From positions 310,001 to 374,000 of the forward strand of contig NW_021831752.1 in assembly GCF_006345805.1 (NCBI RefSeq): 64,000 bases of DNA, read 5' to 3'. Below, in pieces: positions 16,480 to 29,813 of this stretch (position 1 is the stretch's first letter; each line of letters opens with the position of its first letter). The notes below the pieces were generated by a model. That model did not search any database and was not told the DNA's origin. It saw only the letters and a program-made list of their open reading frames with translations. Source of the DNA: Octopus sinensis (Eukaryota). A program made the translations under genes and the position numbers.

Positions 16480-17285
16480 CTGTGAAATTATTATTGTTTA
16501 TGCACTTTCTCAATGTCTTGGATCTTGACAAATCTTGTGCAGCACATGAAACAATAAGAGTTATTAGTTTTGTTCATTTTCCTCTATCTTGGGCGATGTC
16601 TCGTATACGTCAAGCCACTACGACTGCTCTAACGGAACGACTTTAAACTTTGAAATAATTCGTCTTTTGTGATTTTAGTACGGGCGTATTTAGGCTGACA
16701 AATAGATCGTGATGGAACATGACGTGATGAGTATTTATCGCGGAGCAAATTGAGGGCATTTTCCTTTACTTTAACAAGAATCGGAATCCTCAATGCGGCA
16801 AAGAAATCGCCGATTATTAATTTAGTCCGGACTCTTTTCCTGAGGTTGGCTTTTGAGGTTTGAAAAGTGTCGGCAGGTAATATTTAGGCCAAAAACAAAA
16901 AAATTCGCCCAGTCTTCGTTGGAGTCAATTTGTATTGCTGTTTTGATTAAAGTGGACAATCTATCGGAAGCTAGAAATCTAACATGCTTTGGAATTCCAA
17001 TTGGGACATGTCCCAGGCGGCGGTATTTAGAAAGATATGCCAAAATGGGAAAAATATGTCATTATTGTCTCGATTGAATTTCTTTGGAGTAAGTATTGGT
17101 AAATAAGGAATAGATGGAGTATTAGTTCTAAAAACTCTTTTTCAAACGTTCATGCAATGAGCGCTAAGCCGGTTGGAAAGGGCCTGACTTTTTTTAATGC
17201 AGCCTAGATGGAAGTAGTTAAAGCAAGAATCACACAGGATACCAACTTTCTGACTGTTCAAGGACTTGCAGGTGACACATTCCAT
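16480..17285 (-). mobile_element. Degenerate 5' portion of a CRE-like retrotransposon ORF (PHD-like finger plus pre-RT region)
   Basis: MECVTCKS..ILCDSCFNYFHLGC; IPKHVRFLASDRLSTLI..EDWANFFVF; GDFFAALRI; ITKDELFQSLKSF; many stops and frameshifts. Confidence 0.5.
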
Positions 17286-17294
17286 GACTAAACG

Positions 17295-17632
17295 TTATTA
17301 TTATAACACATTCCGTAGGAACATAAACAAAGTTATAATCCCACACGTGTCAAAAGCGAAACAATTTTCTGAACCATCCTCGTCCATGTCCCTCTGTTGC
17401 GGGCGAGATCCCGCAAAGATTCTAGGTCGTCCCAGTTTTTGAAACTTTTGCCATGAAGTTTGAGATCCCTTTCCATAACTGCCGGAAGAGTAGATCTAGG
17501 TCTTCCACAATATTTGTCTCTATGTTCGGAGAAATAATCGTCCATTGCCCGATTGGCCGGAGCTCTGGGGCCCATTCGCAAAATATGGCCAAATAATTTC
17601 CACCGGCCTCCAACGATTTCTTGAGACAATGG
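17295..17632 (-). mobile_element. RTE-like LINE, 3' fragment with (TAA)n tail
   Basis: RWKLFGHILRM..YCGRPRSTL..LRDLARNRGTW; same family as 21620-23730 and 37156-39591. Confidence 0.75.
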
Positions 17633-17644
17633 CGTAGCATCGTA

Positions 17645-19165
17645 CAGTACCGCTCAAATGTTTCGGACCACCCTATTTTTCTCAATTTCCAAGTCAATCC
17701 TAAATTATTTTTATACGGTTCTTTAGAGAAACTTATTAGATAAGCTTAAACACATTTATTCTATTTTAAAAACTTGGACAGATATTCATGTTTGGCGCAA
17801 TTTTAAAATTATCGATTTTATACTCGATCATATGTTCCGGACCAGTTTAAAAAAAACCGAAAATTTATTAAACTTATAAAAAGTTAATAATTAATATTTC
17901 CTCCGTTGTTCGTTATAACAGCATTTATTCGCTCTGGAAGTGAATTGTATAATTTTTCAATGTACGAATTATCAATCTCGTACCAAATTTTTTTGGTCAA
18001 ATTCCAGAGCTCTGGAAGATCTTTTGGTTCCAGATCATAAAGTTTTTGTTTTAGTACCGACCACATATTTTCAATAATATTCAGTTCGGGTGACTGGCTC
18101 GGCCAAGTTTCTAAGATTTTAATTTGTTTCCTTTGAAAAAAATTCATTGTCGACATGGACCGATGGGAAGGAGCGCCGTCTTGCTGGAGATACATGGTCT
18201 CATCATAAAAATTTTCGAGTCCAACATTTATAATTCTCTGATACTCTGCGGAATCAACATTTTTAATGCATAAGACAATGTTTCTCCATCCATTTGCAGC
18301 AATAGCTCCCCAGACCATAATGCTAGGAGAAAATTTTCGTGTTTTTAAACAATATTTTGAGTCAAATCTAGAGTTTGGTGGCCTTCTAACATAATTTTTT
18401 GTGTTTGAATGCAAATTTATTTTGCATTCATCACTAAAAATAATTTTACCCCAATCATTTTGGCTCCAAGTTAATTTCTCAATGCACCAATTTTTTCTAG
18501 CCTTTTTATGGCATATGGAAAGACTTGGTTTTGGGCATTGCTTTCGCCCATTCAAATTATTTCTTTGTAGGCATCTTTTAATTGTATTTGTGCTTACAAT
18601 AGAATTTAATTTCATATCAAATTTAATTTGATTTGCCGTTTTTGTGGGGTCTGCTTTCGAAATTCTCACTAATTTGCGTTCAGATCTTGGGGATAACAAT
18701 CTCGGTCGACCAGATTTGGGTCTGTCGGAATATAGTCCAACGGATGAATATCTGGAAATTGTTCTTTGAACAGCAGTTTTGGATATTTTTAATTTTTCGG
18801 CAATTTCTCTTTGTGAAGCTCCATCTTTAAAAAAAGTGATGATAGCGACCCGATCAACCAGTGAAACACGCGGCATTTGTTATTTATTAGTCTTTTGTTT
18901 TTAATTGAATCAAAAATTATTTAAATTTAAAGAGATTTAACTGGTTCGAAACATATGATTGCAACTGGTCCGGAACATATGATCGAGTCAAAAATCAATT
19001 ATATTCAATTGGCGCCAAACAAAAATATTTAAAGAAAATTTTAGAATAGAATAAATGTATTTAAGCTTATCTAATAAGTTTCTCTAAAGAACCGTATAAA
19101 AATAATTTAGGATTGACTTGGAAATTGAGAAAAATAGGGTGGTCCGAAACATTTGAGCGGTACTG
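17645..19165 (-). mobile_element. Full-length Tc1-family DNA transposon with long IR/DR-type TIRs and TA TSD
   Basis: Termini cagtaccgctcaaatgtttcggacc / ggtccgaaacatttgagcggtactg; near-identical TIRs over more than 100 bp with inner catatgttccggaccagtt repeats; TA at 17643-17644 and 19166-19167. Confidence 0.96.
17884..18876 (-). CDS. Intact Tc1 transposase, 330 aa, DD35E spacing
   Basis: Paired-like HTH, GRPR, FSDE, QQDGA..WPSQSPELNIIENMW; 35 residues between second D and E. Confidence 0.93.
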   Translation of the reverse strand: MPRVSLVDRVAIITFFKDGASQREIAEKLKISKTAVQRTISRYSSVGLYSDRPKSGRPRLLSPRSERKLVRISKADPTKTANQIKFDMKLNSIVSTNTIKRCLQRNNLNGRKQCPKPSLSICHKKARKNWCIEKLTWSQNDWGKIIFSDECKINLHSNTKNYVRRPPNSRFDSKYCLKTRKFSPSIMVWGAIAANGWRNIVLCIKNVDSAEYQRIINVGLENFYDETMYLQQDGAPSHRSMSTMNFFQRKQIKILETWPSQSPELNIIENMWSVLKQKLYDLEPKDLPELWNLTKKIWYEIDNSYIEKLYNSLPERINAVITNNGGNINY

Positions 19166-19762
19166 TAATGTCTATACAGTGATAGATTGTTAATTTTTGT
19201 TGGCCAGTGTATTCCGTGTAAGAGACGTAGTTGTTTTAGGTGAAAAGAGTCTATAGTCTATAGACTAAACGTTAGGAAACAATTTTGTCAATTCTTGATT
19301 TGTTTTTTTTCATATTATCATTTTCAGCGTTATTAATTGCAAAACCCAGTGTAAATTAAAAATTCTTTTGTGGGTTGTAACTAACAGTTTCGTATATTAA
19401 ACTGATTATAATCCGCTCTATCGACAGAAATGGTGTGGCATTAAATCTGCCTGACATTCGAGACTTACAATAAGATTTTATTAGCTTTACGGGTTTTCAG
19501 TGATCTCAATTCTTTGGATTCGGTTCCCTTGTAAGTCTTCGGAGCTCCAGTCGTCTCAAACGCAATGGAAAAACAATTTATTTTCGTCCGCTTTTCTCAG
19601 TAAAGGAGATTAAGCAATAGTGGCGAATCTAGGCCAAAAGTATTTATCTTTCTCAATGTTTCTGTTTAATGCTTAAACTATGAAAAATCAGATCAGGCAG
19701 GTTTACCATTCATGCACGTCCTTCTAAAATAAAAAGATATTTCAATAGAATACACTTATTAC

Positions 19763-21608
19763 TAGGGCAACCAAAAAATTGCACTTTTTAATAAAAAAAA
19801 TTGCAAAAATGAATTTTAAAAATTGTAAAAAATTGCAAAAATAATTTTTTTTAATTGTAAACATTACATTATGCAAAAAATTAACGAAATTATTTATTGT
19901 AATAGGAAATCAAATATTCCTGAACATTTTCAGGTTTAAAGTTCCTCTCTTTACTAAGAATTTTCGTCAAAAGAGATATTGCCCTTTCGATAGATGCTGA
20001 ACTTGCGCTACATTTTCTGAGATGTGAATAAACTTCTGGCGATAGATTCTTATTTGAGAATTCAAGAATACTTAGTATTCCTGATTTCTCAAGCTTTTTT
20101 GATATATAGGATTTTATGTCGCATGGACCTGATGTAAAGTCTAGGGTGTTTAGATCACCATAAGCTGTTGCAATGGAGTAATCAAGCAATTCAGTATTTG
20201 AAATCATTTCAATTAATCCCAAATAATTTGAACTGATTTGGGTTAAGCTTGGAAACAACGTAGGATTATTCACTGATTTTTTTGCCTAAAATAATTAAAA
20301 ACTAAAACATTTTGTATTAAAACTCCATCTCCTTCAAATTCAGATACGATTTTAATAATTTCTGGAAGATTCTGGGAGTAATATTTTGCTGCTTTTAGCC
20401 AGCTTCCCCATCTTGTAACCACAACTTCGGGTGGATTTCCGATTCGTGAAAACATCTCCAAACGTCTCTTGTTTTTGACTGTGGCAGCCTTTATAGACGA
20501 AATCAATTCATCAACATCTGCGAAGTATGCCTTAATCTTTAGAGCACAGTTGTGCAATAAATGTGACACGCAAGTCACGTGGAAAAGATTTTGGTATATC
20601 AATTTCATTGATGCCCCAGCTAAAATTAAATTTATTTATATATACCACTGGTCATATATCTCGCCCCATCTGTAACGAATAATATAAAATTTTCACGTTC
20701 AATAGAAAATTTCTTTATTACTTTGTCCACCTCAACACAAATTGTTGAAGTAGTAGGCGGATAATATAGATTGGTACACGATACTAAATGAAGATTTTTT
20801 GGAGTGGAGATTTTCCCAATCAAAGTAATTAAAAAACGAGTTCCATTGATTTGGGCTTCATCACAAACAAAAAAAACACATTCCCCACTATTGAATAACT
20901 TAAAAAAAACAACAGTAAATGAGTCTGAATGGTATTAATTTTATATTTTGATATTTCTTTAACATTTAACCTGCAAGATGATTCAGATGGCAAAGGATAT
21001 GTTTCCTGCTCAAAAAGCCGTATGAGGGAAGAATGTCTGATTTTATAAATTGGTATGTTTGCCTCCAAAAACGCTTGTGTTACTTTGATCCCCCAATCCT
21101 TTCGAGTATCCGTTATCGCCGAAAGAAATGTTTGTGAACTCTGAGATGAATTTGTCCATTCTATAAATTTAAATTCAAAGAAATACTGTGTGCTTTTAAA
21201 TGTTTTTTTGAAGAACGGTGCGCATCAACAAAAAATTTTGTGTCACACCGTACAACAGTTGAGCAATTGGAGCAAAATAAATTCCCTTCACTGTCAATAA
21301 CAAACTCGGGGAATTTCTTTGCATAAAATGAAATTTTCTGTGACACTGTCCTTTTACCCATTACAACAAACAACTAAAACACGTTTTAATAATCTTTTAC
21401 TTATAATTATATTATTTTTAATAAAAAAATTTTTTTTTAATTTAAAAAATTGCAAAAAATTGTAAAATGACTACAAAAAATTGCAAAAAATTGCAAATTT
21501 AAATCGAATAAAAATATAATTAAAATTAATGTCTATTCATTACTTTATTATTTATCGAATTTTAATTAAATTATATTTAATTGCAAAAAATTGCAATTGG
21601 TTGCCCTA
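19763..21608 (-). mobile_element. hAT-superfamily transposon (BED/CGGBP1-like N-terminus), transposase frameshifted
   Basis: 12-bp TIR tagggcaaccaa; exact 8-bp TSD cttattac at 19755-19762 and 21609-21616; subterminal aaaaattgc repeats; LFCSNC..H...KKH, VTDGARYM, CVSHLLHN, TRWGSWL, SASIER. Confidence 0.92.
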
Positions 21609-21619
21609 CTTATTACCTT

Positions 21620-23730
21620 CCCTGTCGTTACTACAATCTGGGATTCGTAATCAACCGAAAATTAGAAAAGCCTGTATTCCGGATGTGGTCCGTCTCGGAC
21701 AGGATTCCGGTGTTTTAAATCAAATTAGGAACCAGGCTCAACTTTTTGGCCACATTCATTAATGTGTAGGCGCCGACTGGACCCGAAGCTTATGCTAACT
21801 CGAAAGAACTTTATGAATTCTAATCCACCCTCAAACATTGATACAACACTTTCAAGAATGCCAAAGCTGGGGAAGTCAGACCTGGGGAAACATGTATTGG
21901 ATTCCATAAAAAAAACCCGGAAAACCCCTTTGATTCAATTCTGTATCTGTTTAGACCTATTTTTATGTAACACGGCATTTCGTCATCTAGCCAAACACAA
22001 AACGACATGGACTGGAATTAGAAAGTAGAAATATTCAATCCAATAGACTATATTCTATGCAAAGCTGCCCATAAACATTTGCTTGTAGATTTGCGGTTAT
22101 ATGGGGAATTGAAGACAAATAGTGACCACAACCTAGTAATCACTCACGTGGACTGTATAAGGCATACAACCAACTGAAAAAAACTTACTATGGGAGCTGC
22201 TGTCATTTACAAAAAAAGAGACTTTATCTGAGTTTTGTTACAAAATGTTTAACTGAGCGGATGAATCAGGACACAAAATTTATCCACATTCGGTAGGAGA
22301 ATTAAGTTTGGCAATAGACACTTGTGAAGTATTGGAGGCCGGCAGGTTTGAGGAACCAGATAATATCCAACCTGAACTAGTAAAGTACGCGCAAATGAAA
22401 CTTGCTAAAACAATTGCAGACATCCTGAACAAAGCATTTCAACAGAACAGTCCATTATATTTTGATAAAGGATGGTTAATTCCATTGCAGTTACTGGGAA
22501 AACAGAAAAGACCCCACCCAACTTAAAACCTATTATTCTACTATTACGCTCCGGAAAACATCATCGCTGGTCGCATTAGAGACTAGAAGAATTAAGGTGG
22601 AAAATTGTTTGTCGCCAGGGAAAAGAGGGTTTAGAACTGGACATCCACGCTGATGTTATCTGTACACATAGAAGGACCGCTGGCTTATGTCAGAAATACA
22701 AACAGAACACTGAGATACTCGGAATGGATATGTCCAAAGCATTCGACTCAGTTCACAAAATTAAACTTGTGGAAATATTTGTGACCTTTTAAATCAAGAC
22801 AATATCAGAATCATCCTAAAACATTTTAAAACTCTCATCTATCAAACTACCAATTAGTTTGGCAAAACTGTGTCAAAATATTTCTACACATCACAAAGCA
22901 AACCACAGGGTGGCTCACTGTTCCAGTTCTATTTATCGTCTTCCTAATTTCAGGTCCACGGAAACTGCCATTTAATACGCAGTGTGGCGTCATAGAGCTG
23001 CCCCTCAGGTTCTCGACTATTCTTTGACTTAGTTACTTTTTCCTGTTCTCAATTTTTACAAAATATTAGAGAACATGACCAAATATATTTTCGAAATGAT
23101 TTCTAACAGTCAATTATAATAAAACGGAATACACGAAAATTGTTGGAGCTATACTCACCTATGATGAACACTGGAGAAAGCGTTAAAAAGTCGGATCACT
23201 GCTAGATGACTCTGAAGATGTCACCCATAGAAAGATAATATCAATCGCATAATAAATTCTTAAACATTTGGCGTGTAAGAAAGCTAAATGCAAAGACAAA
23301 ACTAAATATTTATAACACGTTTATTGTTCCAGTTTTGACGTATAACTGACCGAAATGGGGAATCATTAAAGCTGAATTAAACAATTTGAACCAATTTCAT
23401 TGAAACAAACTGAGAAGAATTATACAATTTCCAAGAAAAATATAAACTTGACATTATACAAAAGATTTAGTTCGAGACCGATCTCCGTGGACATTTTGAA
23501 TTCAATATGGCGACTTTTTGGCCACATCTAAGACTGGGCAGATCATCTGCTAAATACGCAATGGAAGGCTTCTTTGTTCGATCATTCTGTGAAAGTTCCA
23601 GAGTCACTCTAACTACCGCATTAAGAGAAGACTTTACATGAATAAACAAACAATTTACAAAGTGAAGAACACTAGCAAACAACAAGAGGACATGGAAACG
23701 CATGTGCGGAAAGATACTAGCACAAGGAAA
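21620..23730 (+). mobile_element. Degenerate near-full-length RTE-like LINE (APE endonuclease plus RT)
   Basis: GFVINRK..SVSDRI, INV*APT, DLFLCNTAFRH..HKTTWTG, IDYILC, SDHNLV, GMDMSKAFDSV, PQGG, WRLFGHILRL; many stops. Confidence 0.8.
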
Positions 23731-24045
23731 ACTTAATTAGAAAATTTTCAGGCTATTCTTCTCGAAGACTCAACGATTTTTGTAGTAGTAAATCATTGCA
23801 TGTACAGAGAGCACTGATGTAGAATTTTCTTGGTTTAAAAACTCACCATTTAGCTATTTTCTTGCCTATATTGAAGTTTCACTTAAATGAATCATAACGT
23901 AATGGCGTAAGTAATACCCTGGATAACTAAATTGATATCTGACATGAATACTACCAATTTAATAACAATTGTGAAAATGATAATTTTGCCTAAGACAGTT
24001 GTTTATTGGGTCAATAATTATGTAAATAGAACATTAGATAACACA

Positions 24046-24676
24046 TCATTTCATTAGTTTTTTAATTTTTGTCTCCTGTGTGCTGAGTTGATGATTCACC
24101 ATCGCAGAACGATTATTAATTTTATCGAGTTGTTTATTTTGCTGTTCAATTTCTTCATTCAGTCCGAGAGCCAATCCCCTCAGTCTGCTAACACCCGATG
24201 AAATCAGTCCAACATTCGAATCCAAATCACCAGTCTCCTCCACGACAGAATGGGTTACACCAGTCTGAGTCAAAGGTTTCTCAGACTCCTTCCTCACAGG
24301 AGAAACGGAAGGTGCTGATTTTTTGAAGGAGAATAAACTGCGGAAAAAACTACCCATTCCATCAATATTTTTTTGTGAGTCTTTGAGGTTTTCCTCCATC
24401 GATTCCAGCTTGGAGTCAATATTTCTGAGTTGTTCTCCCTGACGACTCAATTGCTGGGAGATTAAAAGAAAGAGGTACTTCTGCAGTGGACAGTCCAGTG
24501 ACCTCACTCTCGTTTATAAGGGATATTACGCGTTGAGTTGACTCGAGTTTTCTTTGGCTTATGGTTTTGGCTTCGTTGAGAAGGTTGGACCTCTTCGATT
24601 CGGCTTTGGCTTGATTTTGATTTCCGAAAGAGTACTCGTCGTCGCTGTCTTCAAGGAAGGGATTAACCGGAGACAT
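24046..24676 (-). CDS. SNAP29: SNAP-29-like Qbc-SNARE, 2 exons
   Basis: N-terminal NPF plus acidic stretch; two SNARE motifs (ELSRQGEQL, EEIEQQNKQLD); 25-nt intron. Confidence 0.85.
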
Positions 24677-25095
24677 GTTTAAGGTCAACTAAATATTTTA
24701 ATTTATTTTGTTATACATTTTAGAAATAATTTGAATATTAATTTATTATAGATAAAAGTCATAAATAAGGATTATATTCAACATTTGCCATCGACTGTTG
24801 TCTCTTAGAGCTCGTCATATTGGCAGTAAAATTAACTAAATTATTCTGTGTTTTGTGTATATTTATCAAAAATTAATCAAATTTATTTAAAATGGCGTCT
24901 CTTCTGTGGTCACTGGACCATCTATCCTGTCGACCACGGGTTCCTTACGTCTCTTCCAATTGTCCCCACATTGATTTATACAATCTATTCAAATTTAAAC
25001 CATTTCAAAAATATTAAAAAATCTAGCCTACTCACATATATATAAAATACCCAAATATATAATTATTAATTAAAACTATAATAAATATTAATTAA

Positions 25096-25737
25096 TCATT
25101 GATGTGACTTATCCATTCTGAGGAGAAGCGAGGCCACAGTGTAGCGGAGAGAGTCGAACTGAGGGACAGACATCTGCATTTATTACCCTAATAGTACTTG
25201 TACATGCTTAGACGACCCATCCCCCCACACAAATGTAACACACACAGTCGGTTTTAGCACTTTGCTGGCCAAACTGGACGACACTGTCACAACCACACGC
25301 CACTCCAGTCGCACGTGACTAATCCCACGACCTTTCCTAAGAGATTTGACCTCAACGACACTGCCAATTCGCTACCACACCAAATTACTGTCGGGGATTC
25401 CCAAGAATTGTGCAGATCGAGTTAGCGACGAGTCCATAACATCCACTGTTGCTCAACTCCTCGGATATATTCTAAATAGACAAAGAAAGTCCACCAATTT
25501 GGGTGAATTAAGCATTCGGAGAGACCACAACATGAATTCGTGGATATATGCCATGCATTTTTGGATGAGATGTTCGTCCATTTCCTCCTTCAGTACTCTG
25601 ATTTTAGAGGGAGTGTGGGGGGAATTGAGGACACACATGTACGAGGCTGTATTAGGTATGTCTATACTTTCACACAGTCGGTGAATCGTGTCTTCGGGGA
25701 GATTTTGGAGGACCCCCTCCACATCACCACGTCGCAT
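25096..25737 (-). CDS. COMMD5: COMM-domain protein, most like COMMD5, multi-exon
   Basis: LEWRVVVTVSSSLASKVLKPTV and MSVPQFDSLRYTVASLLLRM match the COMM domain; paralogue assignment less certain. Confidence 0.7.
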
Positions 25738-26843
25738 TGAATTAATAAATATATTTGAAATAATTAAATATTGGTATTTAAATAAGGAATTAAAATTGAA
25801 ACCAAACAGTAAAGTGTTATTCTAATATTTTTAGTCTTTTTTAGTTTTCGAAATTATCCATGTAGTTAGTCTGAAAATTATATTCATAAAATAAACCATA
25901 TCGAAAAGTATAATTTTACACTCCTCGTATTCTATTCCTGGATTCTAAAAATTACAGTCAAAAAATAAACCGAGGACTGATCATCATCAGGCATTTTTGA
26001 AGAGAATTAAATCAAAATTTGTTTTATACTGACAGTTGATTGCGTATTTGTATAAACTCGGAAATACGACATTTTTAAATTCACTTAAAGAATGTTTTTT
26101 CATTTTTGAAATGATTATATTTTTCGATTTTTGATTACAATCTACTTAATACGACATTGTTAAGAATTGATTTCCAAAAATTATTTAATAAGATTTTTCG
26201 AACTTATTTTAACAGGCACCATGTCTACTTTGTTAAATCATAAATTTTCATCTTTTTTAAATTGGCGAATTTTTAATATTTTTGAAGAGAATGCAAGACA
26301 GAATTTGAATTTTTGACACTTGATGTGTCACATATTCCTGTAAAAGAGAAACTGATTAAGATTCTTTGAGGCTGAGAAAGCCTGTCGTTTAAAAATGTGA
26401 TACATTCTTTTTGAAATAATCAAAATTAAAAAAATTCTAAAATTAATCTTAATTGGTTTGATATCATTCACATCGTATTTAATTTTTAATGCCATTTAAA
26501 ATTTCTAGAAATAAATACCAATTTATAAGTTTTTTGGCAGTTGAATGATTTTCTGACAACGAATTTAACTAAAAAGTGTCTAGAATCTGTCTATAAACAA
26601 TTTTTTCTATTTAATTGAAAACCCTAATAGAGAAATATGGCAGAAGTGAACTGTGGTGGTTAGACCGAGCCTCAAGTCGACCATTGTCACAAATTTTTTA
26701 GTTCCGTGAACGAGGAATGCTTAAAGTAATTTTTCTGAGTTTATTATCTGATTTTTCTGAATTAATTTATCACTCTTAACTTTTAATACTTAAATTAACG
26801 CTGACTGTTGTTGTGGTATTTAATGTATGTGAATGCTGTAAAA

Positions 26844-28103
<1,260 letters not shown>

Positions 28104-28364
28104 CCGTATATTATTGTTTCGTAGATTTAAGTCACCCGTCATTAACTCTCCCTTTCCTCATTAACAAATAATTGTTCTTAAACAGAAAATATAAAAATCA
28201 TTATAAAAAAATCACAGTTCATTCATTACTAATAAATTAGCGAGCAGTTCATACAGTGGGTCAAATTAGTCTTAGGACACTTGTTTATTTTTAATAAAAT
28301 TTTATTTTCGTTAACATAGCTGTTTTTATTTAATTTTTTCCAATAGTATGTCACAGTCCGAATA

Positions 28365-28961
28365 TGTCGCGAGCGCTGCAAGCGATCGAGCGCTGAGAGC
28401 GACTTTAACGCCTAACAAGCCTGTCATCAACAAATATATTTATTAAATTATTTAAATTTAACATGATTTAAAATTGAAATAACTTAAGTTTTCCATTGAA
28501 TCCCATAAAATAATTTATAAGTAGACCTTAATATAAAAAGTAAAATCAATGAATACTGAACGCTAATTTGGTTTAGGTTGTGAGGGGGTAATAATTTGAC
28601 AGATCTCATTGCTATTTCTCGTTTCAATCTCTAAAATTAGGTCTTCTAATCACAAATGAACTGTGCAGACAGGCTTGCTCCTTCAGAAGATTCCTGTTTT
28701 GACATTTTAATAAATTATGAAGCATTAGATTTTTTCTCATTATTCTAAAATATCAATTACAAATTTTAAAATATTATTTTTATTTATGAAATCGGTTTTA
28801 AAGCACATTCTGCTTTAGCATCGATTTTAATTTTTGTAATCGAATATATTTAAACCCAAATACCAGCACGGGTATTTGTCAATTTATGAATTTGTTGATT
28901 GATCGCATCTAGAAATTGAGTGATCGCTCGCTGCGCTCGGTCGCTCGCAGCGCTCGCGACA
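28365..28961. mobile_element. MITE with about 37-bp GC-rich TIR and 5-bp TSD
   Basis: tgtcgcgagcgctgc.. / ..gcagcgctcgcgaca; TSD gaata at 28360-28364 and 28962-28966. Confidence 0.88.
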
Positions 28962-29120
28962 GAATAAAATACACGCCGAATAATTACATTCTTTAATTTT
29001 ACTGAAATTAAAAATTTACACAACAAAATGTTTAATTATTATTAAAAATATGATTTTTAATGTAAAATTCATTAACCTTTTTTACTAATTTATATAAACA
29101 AAACCAACCACACTCAATTT

Positions 29121-29813
29121 GGTACTTTTGTCGAAGTGGTCGCAGTTTTTTTAGGCCTTTTAAAAAATCTAATAATTTTTGAGGTGGAATATATTATATT
29201 TTATTTAAGTCGCTCTATCAATAATTAAAATATTATTAACAGAAAATGCACTGCATCCTCCTTACTTATTGGGAGCTGTCGGAATTTGATGTTGCATAAG
29301 TCCACAACAGAATTTTCCATGTGACCTATAGTGCCAGTTTATATCAATATTAGGTACATGCTCGCCATAATATAAACAAAATTAGAAAATAAATTAGTAA
29401 AAAATTTAATAATATTTTAAATTATTGATAGAGCGACTTAAATAAAATATAATATATTCCACCTCAAAAATTATTAGATTTTTTAAAAGGCCTAAAAAAA
29501 CTGCGACCACTTCGACAAAAGTACCGGTTTTTTTAGTTAGTTATTTTTTCAGAATTTATGTGGCGAAAACAAATACAGAACTATAAGGAATCTTTTGCAC
29601 AGATTGTAAAAGACATAAATCCTTCTACAGTCCTGGAATTTGGATGCCGCGTACTAAAAATGACTAAATGGTTAAATAAATTTTTAAATAATTTTAATAA
29701 CCATTTAAATTATTGATAGAGGTTATAAATTAAATAATCTATTTTTCACTAAAAAAATTAATTAATTTTAATTATCTTCAAAAAAAAACTGCGACCACTT
29801 CGACAAAAGTACC
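29121..29813. mobile_element. Merlin-like non-autonomous element (GGTAC termini, 8-bp TSD) with an extra internal end
   Basis: ggtacttttgtcgaagtggtcgcag TIR; TSD ctcaattt at 29113-29120 and 29814-29821; a third TIR copy ends at 29525. Confidence 0.8.

Noticed and set aside
19200-19740. Another integrase remnant on the minus strand
   Set aside because: Only faint motif hints (KYFWPRF, GAPK) among many stops; too weak to call.
25800-26620. Hidden gene in the AT-rich spacer
   Set aside because: Only short open stretches with no motif support.
26657-26717. Sm-class snRNA or spliced-leader RNA (hairpin, aaattttttag, hairpin)
   Set aside because: No leader/donor or U1-U5 conserved motif, stems are short, and T-runs are common in this AT-rich DNA; an Infernal search would be needed.
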